Assembly: GCA_002189035.1 (NCBI GenBank)
Contig: NEEC01000014.1
Span: forward strand, 3,038,001-3,102,000
Length of the DNA stretch: 64,000 nucleotides
Source of the DNA: Utricularia gibba
Lineage: Eukaryota > Plantae > Magnoliophyta
Direction of reading: 5' to 3'
The notes below the pieces were generated by a model. The model had not been told where the DNA came from and ran no database searches. It worked only from the letters and a program-made list of their open reading frames with translations. The translations under genes and the position numbers were made by a program. How positions within the stretch are numbered: the stretch's first letter is position 1; each line of letters starts with the position of its first letter. Of the stretch, positions 1-13,334 are shown in pieces.

Positions 1-279
1 GGAAGAGAAGCCATAGAGAAGTAAAAGGGTTGGAGGGCAAAAAAGGAATGCATTTATTTTCAGCAACTTATTGAGTGAACAAGTTACATTTTATCAACTT
101 TGTAATAAGTTGATGAAATAGTTAATATTGAAATAAGTAGAAAATAAGTAGAAGTAGAAGTAGAAGTTCAGTTTTAGAACAAGTAGAGGTGGTTTGTAAA
201 ACACTTACTTTTACTTTTACTTTAAGTCATAAGTCACAAAATAAGTTATACAGACTACTGCCTTAGACTTTTGGTTTTC

Positions 280-1000
280 TCACTAGAGGATTTTTCTCTA
301 GTTTTTCTCTAGAACCTTGTTCTCGTTTTCTTTAGTTTGTATGGCCGTTCGCAGCTAGAAACTTCCGTTTCTGGGTTGGATACTCCTAGATCTATGTTTC
401 GTTAGCTTATCTTCATCTCTTCTTTGAATCCGAATGGGTTCCATATGTCTTCGCACGACTATGTTTTAGTCTTTCTGTAATAGTCCCCTTATTCAATATT
501 CATGGTTAGATGATCACTACCTGCGGGTTTTGAAGAGGAGTAAGGTGGAAAGCACCAACTTATGCCCTTTTGACAAGAGGAAGACTACGTGTGGCCGTAC
601 CTCAGGATCCATGGATAGGTAATGACCTCGTATCTAGACTCATTGGGTCATTGGCAACACTCGGGCACACACGTGCAATTCGGCCGTGAGGTTACGCTGG
701 CAGGACCTCTTATTCTCACGTTCATCCAAGAAGGAGCAACATCGGGCTATTCCCGTGCCTTCTTGCAAGAGAGTGTAAGGTAGGGTAGGCAATTCCTTAC
801 TTTTATAACCGAGTACTCGAGAAGACCAGAGAAGAGTGAAGACGCAACGAATGTAACTGGGTAGGATTCCAAACCCAAGAACATTTACTTTATTTAAGGT
901 TCATCGCTTACGTTTATTTCAGTTGTCTGTTCAAAACTTCTCTTATTCCCTTACTCAAGCTTCATCATTTACGTTTCTTGCATCTTTACTTCCGAAACCA
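280..1000 (+). mobile_element. LTR-like sequence of an unassigned LTR-retrotransposon family ('family X')
   Basis: 605-743 aligns with the reverse complement of 28333-28466, and about 620-830 aligns more loosely with about 9650-9830. Non-coding; boundaries approximate. Confidence 0.5.
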
Positions 1001-1009
1001 TTTACAAAT

Positions 1010-1259
1010 TGTGACAATTGTATTTATCCATAGCACCTAATTGTAGCTTCCACTTCTAGACCTTTTTGATGGAACCCCAACCTTTACAATGACAATATCA
1101 CCTATTTATATTCAACCACATAGCATTTCAAAGCAAATGACAGAATGGTTTCTTCATGAAACTTGTTCCACTTAAAGATGCCGGTTACAGATCTTCATCC
1201 ATTGCAAGCACTTATTCCATTCATACCCAGGCATTAATGCTCCAGCTTGATCTCTAATA
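1010..1259 (-). mobile_element. 3' LTR of Ty1/copia element
   Basis: On the minus strand it follows the RNase H end and polypurine tract AGGAGGGAG (1260-1268), starts TATTAGAG (decayed TGTTAG), contains TATAAATAGG, and probably ends at TCACA (1010). Confidence 0.6.
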
Positions 1260-1266
1260 CTCCCTC

Positions 1267-2720
1267 CTAAGCTGGACACTTCTTCACTCCAAGAACATTG
1301 CGAAACCGAATGAAAGACTGTGTTTTCAAAGGTTTCATGAATACATCAGCAACCTGATCTTCTGTCTTAACATAGAACAGCTCCACACATTGATCAGACA
1401 CATTCTCAGATGAAGTGGAACCTTGTACCGATGTGCTTACTCCTTTGATGAAATACTGGGTTCTTTCCGAGAGCAATTGCTGACTTGTTATCTCTACCAA
1501 TTTTGATTGGCTCTTTGATGTGAAACTTGAGACTCTCTAGCATGAAGATTAACCACAGAGCATGACAAATAATAGAATTTGCAGCCACATATTCTGCCTC
1601 ACATGAGGATAGAGTCACAATGGGCTGTTTTTAGAGTTCCGCACAATAGCGAATTCACCCAGCATGAACGTAAAGCCCCTGGTACTCTTTGAATCATCAA
1701 TAATTCCTGCCCAATAAGATCAAATGAATCAGACCTTTGATACCTCATCCCAACATCAACTGTCCCCTTTAAATATCGCAAAATTCTTTTAGTAGCTTTG
1801 AGGTGGATTTCTATCGGTTGCTCCATGAATCTGCAAACTAAGCCAACCGCAAACAAGATATCAGGCCTGGTGCTCATAATGTAGCGTAAAGAACCTACCA
1901 AACTCTTATATCTAATCACATTCACTTCTACAGAGGGATAAATACTTTAGCCTTGAGATAGGCATCAATCGTGTTATTCCATGCTCCTGGAGCTTGTTTT
2001 AGGCCATACAACGCCTTATGCAGTCTCAACAGCTTGTTCCCATTTCCTGCTTGCACAAAACCGAGTGGCTGTTCAACATATACCATTTTAACATCCAGTT
2101 GCCACAACTTTCATCCAAATTGAGCAGCAAAAGCAATGAGAATTTGAACTGTCTCCATCTGAGTTACTGGTGCAAAATTTTGATCATAATCAATCCCTTC
2201 TCGCTGCTTGTATCCCTTGGCAACTAAATGAGCTTTGAATCTGTCAACCTCTCCATTTGCCTTACGCTTTATTTTGTACAACCACTTGACACCGATCACT
2301 GACTTATCTTCTGGCCTTTCCACTAGACTCCACGTGTTGTTCCTTTCTATGGATTGAATTTCTGCCTTCATTGCTTGCTGCCACTCAAGAATCTTAACTG
2401 TTCATAAAAGACAAAAGGCTCAGTATCAACACACAAGCAGAAGGGACTAAAATTACTGACTTCTCGGAAGAATTCATGGGTCTGTCCAGGGAGATCAATT
2501 CTAAAATCTTCTAGATGCCTTGGCAGCCTCCTTACTCGTGTTTCTCTAGTAAGGGCAGGGGCTATGTCCACTTGTTCAACTGAAGCCATCGGTGCTGCCT
2601 CTATTTCATCATCAAACAAAGAGTGATCAACAAAATCATACTAATGATGTAGGGATTTCCAGTTCCAACTTTCAGCCTTGTTAAATACCACATCTCGACT
2701 CAAGAGTATTTTCATCTAAA
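1267..2720 (-). pseudogene. Ty1/copia pol remnant (integrase C-terminus, RT, RNase H)
   Basis: Motifs SRDVVF..W.W, IGVKWLYKIK..GEVDRFKAHLVAKGYKQREGIDY, YKSLVGSLRYIMSTRPDI, LSSCEAEYVAA, HQRSKHIGTRFHFI and QVADVFMKPL, broken by frameshifts. Confidence 0.92.
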
Positions 2721-4899
2721 TTGTATTTCAAACCTGTCTGTTGGAAGCCTTCTTCAGCTGGAGAACCAGAAGGGGCAATGTAGCTCTGAGGAAACAGACG
2801 ATGGGTGCAAGTATGATGTGCTCAAGAAGAACTAAAGAATTCGCCTACTGGAAATTCTGGTCATCTTCAGACTTTATTTTGTTTTTGGGCCTTCAGTGGG
2901 CCTGCAGACATAATTCTGCAAGAATTATGGGAGATATTTAAATTGTATCAAAAACCCTAGAAATGGGTTTTTCGCACATATGGGTTTCATTTGCAGAAAT
3001 GTATGCCATTCTCATTCTCTCATCCCTATTTCATCAAATCAGATCTGAACACAAAATTCTACACCGTCTTTACAATGTAGATGTTTCCAAATTGGTTTGT
3101 AGAGGAAGACATTCATGAATTTACTGCAAAGATGAATATTCTGCACATCACTTAGTGATAAAATATCTTGTTCTATTATAAAGCATAAATGATAGTAGTT
3201 AAAATATCAATTTTTTTATTTTTGAGGAGGAGATATAAATTCGAATGTATCTAATCATTCATGTATCTCCTGAACTACACAAAATACATGCATATTTTAT
3301 ATAAAATATTTTCCAAATTGCTATAAATGTGCTAATTAAATATTAACAATAATAATCAACAATGTCAAATCTTTACTGCAAGCAATAATTGTTATACAGC
3401 TGATACACAACTTCAGTTAAGTAGATGATATAGAAATCATGACCATGACTTGAGTCAAGTTGGTTGTATATAAGAAATTAATCACGAAGAATCATAATTA
3501 TTAGTTAACATATATTGTTAATAAAAAAACTAAGCTAAAAATGACATCTTTTTAAAACATACCAGTAAAAGTTAAATTATATGTGAATTGATATAGGTTA
3601 CAATTATAATTGTATAAAATTGTATATATTTTGATGATAGAAATTACCAAATCATTAAAATGATATAAATTAACTATTTGAGTATAACTAATTGATGATT
3701 GAAATTGTCAAGTCAATAAACTATTTGATCAAAATAATTGTAAGTGTTTATTGAAGTTGTTTAACGATTAATGTTATTGATTAATTTTGTCATTTTTAAT
3801 AAAATTTATGATCTATACTGCATTTTTTTTTCAAAACATGTCGATTTCATTTGTATTATATACAAATTGATATGATCAAAACTATAGTTCTTAAAGATCA
3901 ATTACACAAGATATAATAAACTGTCTTCCAACGTGCATTCCATTCATTCTGCTCGCAACACCCTGATTAGTTCTCTGGGTAAAAAAGGGCGTTTATTCCA
4001 TCTTCCAGAACCAACACCTTTTGAATCTTATTAACCAAAGATTACGATTTTGCACTATACTTAGCTTAAGAATGGATATGAAATTCCAAGAACACTTGTT
4101 ATATATACATTCCAACATTCAACTCTCTTTTCTAAATTCATCGATATTGAATCAATTGAAAGGACTAAAGATCTGTTAAAAGAGTTCTGTAATACACTGC
4201 ACTAAAAGACAATTATAAACAGGAATCGCACACGCTTGATAGGAGATTACAAGGGAGAGAAAGGAGAGGTTACCTCAAACAAAGATGAAGTTTTTTCACA
4301 ACATTTTATTGATAATGGATAATACCTTTAATAAGGCTACAAGTATGTGACCAACTAAGAAACATCGATTCATAACCAACTAGTATTTATCCACACTAAC
4401 TTTTAAGTAATTTCCCGGTTGTGGGTCATTTTCTCAAAAAACATTTATTATAAAAACATAAAACACAATTAAGGGAAACATGAGCATCGATTTTAGAGAA
4501 TCGGAGTTTTGTAAAAAGTGTTTTGTGGTAACCGATTACAAATTCTCATGAGTTTGTAAGAAGGGTTTAAAATAGTAAAGCATGAAAGGAAATGTCAGTA
4601 ATAGACCTTGATGAAGTAAAGTAGTTCTTAGGAAAGAGAATCCGATTTTTTCTTTGTCTCTCATTGCCTTGGCTTGCATTGATTTCTTCTGAATAACCAA
4701 TTATAGGTGCAACAAATAGTCTAATCTCCCTTATACTCGTTTACAAAGAAGCTTGGGAATAATCTCATATGGTTCCTTCTGGGATGATTAAGAAGACAAT
4801 AGAATTACCATCGATTGCCCGCAAAACCGAATTCCGCGTGTGTATCTGGCTATTGCCAATGACTAATGACCCGAGTACGAGGTCACTACCCATCCATTA

Positions 4900-5450
4900 A
4901 TGAAATTATATCAAGACACAATACAAAAGGTAGGGCAATGTGGCAAGTCTCAATTGCCATGACAGCAACTCATGCACCATTGCCAACTCTTAGGTCAACA
5001 TCATTTTTCTTTAAGATTCTGCTACTCGTTAGGTCCTATATATTAGTACAAATGTGAGCACCACAACCAGAATCTAACACCCAAAACTATTCTTGATTAT
5101 AGTGTTAATCTCCATTACGTGTATATCTAAAGCTAAATTCTTATTCTACCTCTTGCCCTTGATAGACTGTAGGACAGCTTAATACTTCTCTTCTACTCAC
5201 CATATTTCACATAGTGAAAAATTCCCCTATTATTGGTATTTCAACTTGCTTATTTTTCTTGATCTCACTTTTAGCTTTGAGTTTCTTCTCTTCACTCTTC
5301 TTCTTGGAAATAGTTTTTCTTGAAGAGACAAGCATAATATTCTTCTGTTCCCTTGTGATAATAGTGTCAATAGACATGAGTAACTGAATCAACTCATGAA
5401 TAGTTTCATCCATTTTGTTCATCCAATAGTTCATCATAGTGAATAGATAT
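4900..5450 (-). pseudogene. Ty1/copia (Angela-like) gag C-terminus and protease remnant
   Basis: Minus-strand translation gives WVLDSGCGAHICTN..DVDLRVGNGA.VAVMAIET (copia protease), preceded by a Lys-rich gag segment (ORF 5207-5437). Confidence 0.75.
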
Positions 5451-5879
5451 CGGTTAGTCAGGTAAGGATTAAGTCAATACTCAAGTCTTTATGTTACCCA
5501 CTTTTAGGGTCTGAGAAAGATCAGTCGTGACCAGTCTTTGCTAAAATACTAAAACTCAAGGTATCTTTCATAACATGATCCATTAACATTAAAATGGGCA
5601 AATGCATATGTAGACTAGACATAAAAAAACTTGAAACATATTGTGATTCCCCATAATTATCTTTTCTCACTTCTTATAACCATCCAGCCTTGATATTGCT
5701 ATTAGACTATAATAGGTGAGACATAAGTAGCTCTTATTTATGGCAGAGCACCCTCAACCATCTGACAATATAATCCATAGGAAGCAACTGCCGCTAATTT
5801 GGATTTTTCGCTACGTAAGAGGACTAACATGTTAGTCATCTTGAGGGGTCACATTAGAGCAGCTCAAGAACATATGAAA

Positions 5880-6310
5880 TCTTGCCATGATCACCATCAC
5901 CACGAGGTCATCTTCATACCAGGGGACTAGGTTTGGCTCAAACTTTCGCATTTGCACCAGGATTCTGCCAAAGAACAAGCTTCCTCCAAATTGGGACCTC
6001 ACTACTATGGTCCTTTCCAAGTGAAGAAGTGTATTGGCGCTGCTGCTTATCCTCTCAAGTTACCATTGTCTAGCCACATTAATCATGTTTTCCATGTATC
6101 TCTGCTGAAGTGATTCTCGAGCATACCCCCTGAAAACTCGACCATGATGGACTTGCGATATGTATATTGCCTAGAGGCTATCCTTGATGCGTGTCACCAA
6201 GGATCTCAGGTCATGCTTTTGGTTCAGTGGAGAGGATATCCCATCTAGGAGGCAACTTGGGAATGCTTCTCAATATTTCTCAATCATTTCTCCTCTTTTT
6301 TAGAAGCTGC
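5880..6310 (+). pseudogene. Ty3/gypsy chromovirus integrase C-terminus with chromodomain
   Basis: Translation ...GPFQVKKCIGAAAYPLKLPLSSHINHVFHVSLLK (GPF/Y motif) followed by LEAILD...VMLLVQWRGYP..EATWE (chromodomain). Confidence 0.8.
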
Positions 6311-6689
6311 CGCTCTATACTTGAAGTGCCAAGGAGTTGATGGGGACCTCACTCCGTGGACTGAGCCTATCACCTACAAGAAACAGAATAAGCCCAACCC
6401 AACTACTGAAGCTTTAGAGTGCCTACCTTGCCACCAATCGATGGTTTTCTAGAGTTGATCATGGACTTGAGCCTAGAGGCTAGCATAGTGCTGCCTGGAG
6501 GCTGAACTCTCCTATTCACTTGTTTATGCTCTCTTGGAGAGACAACTTGCATTGAATCTTTCTTCACTCACAACCTTTTTCTTCTTCCATGCAAACTAGG
6601 TCCTATCACCCATTCCCAATCTAAGGCTCTAAAAGTCTTGCTTAAAGTGTTGATCTTCAATCTCCTCCAGACCTGGACCAAGAGTAATA

Positions 6690-7420
6690 TCAAAATCATT
6701 CACAGAATGTGCAAATTGTCAATCATTATTATCTCCATTACCATTGCCCAGTAGTGAGCGGTTTTGTCCACTAGATGGTTGTCTAACAGTGTCTTCCAAT
6801 TCTTTTTCCTCATCTTTGTCGAAGTCATCTAGTTGAAAGTCACTATCATAACTATCCGATTGCAATTGGTGTGTGCCTTCTTACTTCTCTCATGTAGCTT
6901 TAGGGGTTGTGACCTCTTCTAGAAGAGTAGCAATAGGGTGCCCTCGAGTGGAGAGGACTTCTTGAGTTTCCATAGTAAATAAAAAATCCGAAGAAGTAGA
7001 GCAATGGGAGAGGGCGTTTCAAAAAGGAAGTCCACCATGCGGGTAGTTGGTTCCTTAATGATGGGCCTTTAGTGGTATCCTTGCATTTCCTGATAGTTCT
7101 AGGTTTTGAGACGAGGGCAAGGGTGGATGAGTGGAGTTCATGGTGGAACGAGTTCAAGGGAACAAGAAAATAATAAGAAAAGTAAAATAGAATTTCAATA
7201 TGTATTTTGAGTGTATATAGGAGGATTGGAGGAGGGTTTAGAGAAATTGGAAATTATGGTGATTGTGGTGAAGAGATGTCTTAATGACAATGGAGGGAAA
7301 ATAAATTATTTGCCCTTGGTAACTTCAGAAAATCTTGACGAACTTGCAAATATCATACAAAAGTAAAGGAGAAAAGAGAAAAAGATAACTTAGGGTTTGC
7401 CTTCCATCCAATGCCAATTG
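6690..7420 (-). mobile_element. Probable Athila-like post-pol region and ORF2 remnant
   Basis: The reverse complement near 7390-7420 reads TTGGATGGAAGGCAAACCCTAAG, resembling the Athila post-pol motif CTTGGGAGGCAACCCAAG seen at about 25867-25885. It is followed by coding-like decayed sequence. Confidence 0.4.
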
Positions 7421-7528
7421 AAAGTTGTTGGCTGACTAATAACACATGATTTTCAATGTTTTAGGACTACAAAATGAGTAATATTATTTTATAAAACTAA
7501 GATATAGTTCAGCATTTCCCCACTTTTG

Positions 7529-8616
7529 TGATTAGTAGTATATTTTCGTGTTTTTATTCCAAATTGGGACTAAATCCTGGATTTAGTCCCAATGTGTTTT
7601 AATCATTTTCTTTTAGCAACGCAACACATTTTTCAGCACTAAATCTCAAGGAGGTGAAAATGCACAGTGAAGTTGGCAGGGAATGGTGACAAAAAGCTGA
7701 GAATATAAGACATCAAATCCCAATGTAGTAAAAAGAAGATTTTGAGAATAATGAGAAGTGATAAAATATCTTTACCACATTGAACAACACGCCACAGACT
7801 TCTGGGAGGGAGATCTGGGGAAAAACTCACAGGAAGGGGAAAGAAGGCGAACCAGGAGCAAAGCTCCGTTTTGAAGACTTTTTTCGTTTATGCACAACAT
7901 TACTCCTAACTTAGAATGGTTTTAGCTTTTTCACGCAACAATTTATGATTTCAGTTACTACTTATTTTGTTGTTTCTTTTCGTGTTGTTAAGTTGTTGAA
8001 CGAAAATGATTTTCATGCTATCTTATGAAAATGTTTTACTTTCCCTTAGTATGAGTGTCTAGGCACTTAGAAGTTCCTTGAGATAAAGGTGGATGGGCAT
8101 GCCTCTTGTTAACTAAACTACACTACCATTTAATTACTCTACTTCCTTAACAAATCAGGATATATACAAAAGGGTGAAGTAGTTGTGTTCATCATAAATA
8201 GCCCTAATTAAAGTTAGATAAAAAATTAGAGAAAAACAAGGTTTGGGTAGATTTGAACCTTGAATGTTAGGTGAATGATTTATGTTTGGATGGGATAGTT
8301 GTAGTGATAACTATGTTGTCCTTAAGTGTCCCAAGGCATCATCTTCTTTTATTTTAGGTAAAGATCTAACTTTTCCTATTATTACCTATCTGCATATTAT
8401 TTTTTGAAACTTCTATTCTTAACATAGACTAAATTTCCAACCATGACAAAAATAGCATGCATCAACCTTCATACAACAAGCACATAGCTCCTTGAGTTCG
8501 ACTTTGATCCACTATGCTCATATTTTTCTTATAATTGATTGTAACTAAGGTTTATAAATTTTATTTGATAAGAGAATTTGCAATTATAATAATGTTGCAT
8601 AATTTTTTGTTTATCA
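7529..8616 (+). mobile_element. Isolated Athila-type LTR
   Basis: TGATTAG...TTTATCA ends. The 3' end (GTTCGAC..CACTATGCTCATA..TTTATAAATTTTATTTGATA..TTTATCA) matches the end of the 21834-23021 LTR and shares its GGGACTAAATC/GATTTAGTCCC hairpin. No TSD or PBS found. Confidence 0.65.
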
Positions 8617-9039
8617 CTAATTTTTCAATATGTGCTCGATAACTCAAAACTAGTGGCAGAGCAAAACACGTCATTGAAGATTGTGAACCTGAACAAAACA
8701 CTGAATTGCAAACAAAAACCTCAAAACCACCGGAAGAGTTAGAAGCTGAGATTGAGAGCAAACGAGAATCGAAGAATGAAGTGGAACCTACGAAAAAGAT
8801 GTCAGATAAAGGAAGATGAGTTGAAAAATCAATAAGAACTTTGTTAAGTGTTATTTTTTATTTATTATTATGTATTACTATGTGTTAATCTAGTATTAAA
8901 TCGCTCAAATTAAGAGTCATATTATTAACTATTTGATTTTATTAGAAAATTACTATTTTTGAATTTTGTACATATTTTGTTGTCTTTTTTTGTGCACTTT
9001 CATCCAAAATATCAGGAGGCAAGTTTGGAGTGTTTAAGG

Positions 9040-10060
9040 AGATTTTTAGGAGACCAAATACTGATGTTTCGTATCTTGCACACGACTTTGGTCAATTGTG
9101 GATGGAAGACTGTCACTAGTCAGAACCCCTAACTTACGGCATATCAGAGTTTGCAGCAATGATTGAGCGCTTACTTGAATGCATGGGAAAGCTATTGGTG
9201 CATGCAAGATATAAAGAATGATGGGAAAGGGAGTAGGAAGAGTTAATGCACGTGGGGAGTAAGATAAAACCAACTTGGAATACTTGTTTTAAAAACTTTT
9301 GACCTTTCCTTTTGCCACTTATACATAAACACTTTAGTTTTCTATTTTCGTTTCTATTTTCATGGCCATTAATAGCTAAACTATTTTAGTTTCTTGGAAT
9401 AGATAAAGTTTCCTTCCAAGTCTTGAGCATTAATCTTAGTGCTTTGCTGAATTCATTCCAGATTTTACATACTTCCATGCGTCTTGTTGCAATCTTTCTG
9501 TAATGACTCCTAGTCACGGTTCATGAGTAGCAGGCCACTCCTCGTGGATCTTGATAAAGAGCAAGGTGAAGAGCACCATCTACAACCCTACTGGTTCGAG
9601 GGAAGTAGCGCATTGTTTGTGACTAAGGTACCACGACAATGGACATGTAGTGACCTCATACCTGCCATTGGTCATTGGCAAGTTGGTCACACGCGCAGAA
9701 TTTGGTTTTGAAGACAATCGACAATAATCCTCTTGTTTTCTCAATCATCCAAGGGAGAATCACATGAAGCTATTCCTATATCTTCTTATCAATCAGAGTG
9801 TAAGGGAGTGTAAGCTATTCCTTGTTCTTATAACTAGCTATTCGGAAAGAATTAGTGAAAGCCGAGGCAGGGATAGTTAAAAAGAGGAAACGGAGTCCAT
9901 TTCCCATGAACTGCAACCCTTAGTCAAGATCCATTACTTACGTTGTACTTTTTACTTTTGTATTTCAAAAACCCCCTTTTACAAATCCCTTTTACAAAAC
10001 ATTTTTTGTGAAACTCAACTCCCTAAAATCGACATTCATATTACGCTCTTTCGTGTTTTA
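9040..10060 (+). mobile_element. LTR-like sequence, family X
   Basis: About 9650-9830 is similar to 620-830; non-coding; boundaries uncertain. Confidence 0.45.
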
Positions 10061-10276
10061 CATTTTTCTAAATTAAAATTTGTTGAGCAAACGACACACA
10101 ACAAACTTGTATTGGAGGAAGAACCTTGATTGCAAGAAGTTGTGGACGATTTTGAGGAGGATGAAATGACAAACACGAAAAAGAAGCAGCACTTGGATTG
10201 GGAAGGAGGATGAATGCAGCAGGTATAGAGAGGTTCATCGGTAGACCATCAAAGTTGGGCAAGATTTATCTGAAAT

Positions 10277-10900
10277 TTGAGGATAAATAAGAAAAAGAAC
10301 AGGTATGACATGATCAAGGGCACAAGAATAGAACTTATCAACCAATCCTTATGTGTAAGGATGGAATCCAAGGTGCAAGATTGGTTCAAACACACACATC
10401 TTTTATGCCTGTTTGAAATTAATTGGCCTACATGTGCTAAGTTATGTTATGAGTTTTATGCTGCCTTTAAGTATGACATACCTGCTAAAGTAGTTGAACT
10501 CGAGATTGTTTGCTTTAAGTTAGTAGGAATTGAGTACAAATTGTCATTAGTTGAAAGGAGTTTGTTGTTAGATATAGCTGAACCTATGTAAGCTAACTCA
10601 CTATAATTTCAAACATGTTATTTCGATTTGCTTTCTGCAAATGTATTTGACCCATGTGAAATGTTCGAAATCTTGACAGAACAAATGGTTTTTGTTTACA
10701 AAATCAAAGGAACTAAAGCTAGACCCATCTGGTGGATTATTCGTATGTACATTTCCGGATGCTTATTCAGCCACTAGTGTTCTTACAAGACAAAGTTTAA
10801 AAATGAACTCTTTGTAATGTGGGGTATAATTTTCAACTGAATATTGAGACCTCGCTTGTTGGTTTGGTGCAGAGATTAATAGATAGGCAAGGGGTAATTT
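10277..10900 (+). pseudogene. Athila-type ORF2 (env-like accessory ORF) remnant
   Basis: ORF 10277-10591 (...LFEINWPTCAKLCYEFYAAF...CFKLVGIEYKLSL) has the same pattern as ORF2 at 26001 (PSYVELMYQFASTF...FKFLGKNLSLS). It is followed by an A-rich 3'-UTR-like tract. Confidence 0.6.
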
Positions 10901-13334
10901 CTTTATGATTTTGATATCTAATTACTTACATTGGTATTCAGTTATGTGGGGATTCTGTATTAATTGGGATGAACAGAGGATATTATGCATTCATCCTCTG
11001 CAAAAGGGTGAATACAAGGAAATTCTGTTATGATTTTGAGTGCATGGTGATTCAGTGAAGCATACTGGCCTTAATTGAGCTCTAAAACTTTGTTTGCACA
11101 ATCGCTTCATCCATTCTAAAAGAATTATAGTGGCATGTCTATGTGTAGCTCTTGGTGTGGTTGAAGTATCTCTGAACCATAGGATCACTAGCCTCACTCT
11201 AAAGTTGAATTTGAGCCACTTTCTGTTTAGCTACATCTGGTAGTAAAAAAAAAAGAAATTGAACAGTCTTGAGAGCCAAGAAAAGGCAGGACATATCTAA
11301 ACAAATGTCATGCTTTACAAAGTAAAGTTTAAAGACATGGAGTAAGAGAAACTCTAGGGAAAGATCACTTTGGTGCTTGAAGTGATAAGCTAGAGTTATA
11401 AGGTGGTCTTTGGAGTGATAAGGTAGCAGTTCTAGGCATTTTTTTAGTGTCTAGTTCGAAAGGAAGTATTAGAAATTTAGATCATGTTATTAGGATATGA
11501 GTTAAGCACACTAATGTTGCTATTGTAGACCTTGTAAGTGAGATGAACCCATATTTTGTTGCACCTATGCATTCATCTCCATGCAACATTGATGAGCAAA
11601 GTACTTGAAACACAAAGTAATTCAGCCTAGTTGGTGTACGTCATCTCTAGATTGAGACTCGTGGGTGAGTCTATTACCATTGCTGTATAGTGTGATATTA
11701 TGTTTTTTTTAATGTTTTAATATCCTGGTTTCATGAGAAATAGGATACAATTTACGTGGTCTAATTGTGCACATGCAAAAGATGAAACAGCCCAAGTGTG
11801 CATTAGTCGGACATCTAAGTGACGCTAAGCTTGTGCTGGGTCTGCATAAATCCAGCCCAAATAAACGTGAGGGAAGTGTGAGAGAAAAGAGTAAGAAAAG
11901 CATATTTAAAAACTAAACTCTTGCTACTACGCACACCCATATGAAGAGGAAGCATCCTATGGAACAGAAACAAAATTGCGTTAATTGTAGTAGGATTTAA
12001 ATGTTGCATGAGTTAGCAATGGTTTAGCGGGTGCATTTGGTTTAGAATACAAATACTTAATGAGTATTAATAATTAATAATTTCGCTTAAATAACATAAA
12101 ATCAACACCAAATACAATACGAAAAATGCACTCAACAATAGTTGACATATAGCATTTGCAACAAATCATTCTCTATTGCACAAAGACCCCATAATTTCAC
12201 TTGAGTTGATTGATAAATGAAAATTTCATTTTCAATAAATTTATAAATTCAAATTCATACAAACTATAAATTAAAATAAAATGTCTAATGGATATCAGTA
12301 TTGAACTTAAAGAGTTTATGTTTGTAGTGTACTCAGGTTATGGACTTCTAAACCTCATATTCAATATTAATTGTTAGCCAAAGCTAATATTAATGTAACA
12401 AAAGAGATACAAAATTACAAAAACAATACATCCAACTCCCAATGTTAAATTTACCAAACTTAAAAGTGTGGATACCTTTGGAGGTTGAAAGATGGTTCTT
12501 TCTTAGCTTTTGATCCTAAACTCCAAGATGCTATCATTCTAAGGTAAATAAAATTAGATTTATCTATTTCTATCATTTTTATCTAAGAAAATCTACAAAT
12601 TAACCTACATCACAACTCTTGGGTCTATCTATAAGATGGTTATCCTATGTAAGTGTTTTTACATTTCTCTTTTTAAATCTATTTTGAATTGTTAAGAAAA
12701 AAAACATACATAACAACCCAAATCTCTAAGCCTAAAAGTTTACACACACTGCTTCATTTCCCAACGTAGTTTACTAAACTTAGCCACTCAAGAGAGAAAG
12801 AAACATTTTGGCTTCGTAAATTGAAAACATAAACACGCATACATATTTTCATCATCACTCCTATTCTACCTCTGAAAATCTCCCCAGATTGATATTGTTG
12901 ATAGCCGATAGGGCTCAGAGAAATTCTCTTTTTTCCTTCTCATTCTTCTTTTTGGTAAGGACATGTGTACCCTTTCCCCTCCTTGTTTTCCCGATTTCAC
13001 CCTTGCTCTTATACATTCTTTTTGGGTGCAGGCATCTTTTTGCATGAAAAATCATATATCTTTTATTTGTCCATTTCTTGTTGCTAATTATTCATTTTTC
13101 CCCTGTGCGCATTTTGTTTATGATAGAAATGGTGTTAGTTTGATCCAAGCTTTGCTATAAAACTTATTAAATAGAATGTTCTAATTAATTGTAAACTAAA
13201 TTGATAATTTATTTCACTTTTTTAATAATTTAAATAATAATAAAGTTATCAAAATATTTAAAATCATAATTCACCTAATTTTACTACTATACATATTATG
13301 TTTATAATTTAAAACTACAATGAAAATGTGTGTT

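Noticed and set aside
57-260. 16-bp inverted repeat and AGTAGA repeats as a MITE
   Set aside because: No clear terminal pair or TSD inside the window; probably a remnant but not supportable.
7524-8621. True solo LTR with TSD
   Set aside because: The flanking 5-mers (TTTTG and CTAAT) do not match, so it is reported only as an isolated LTR.
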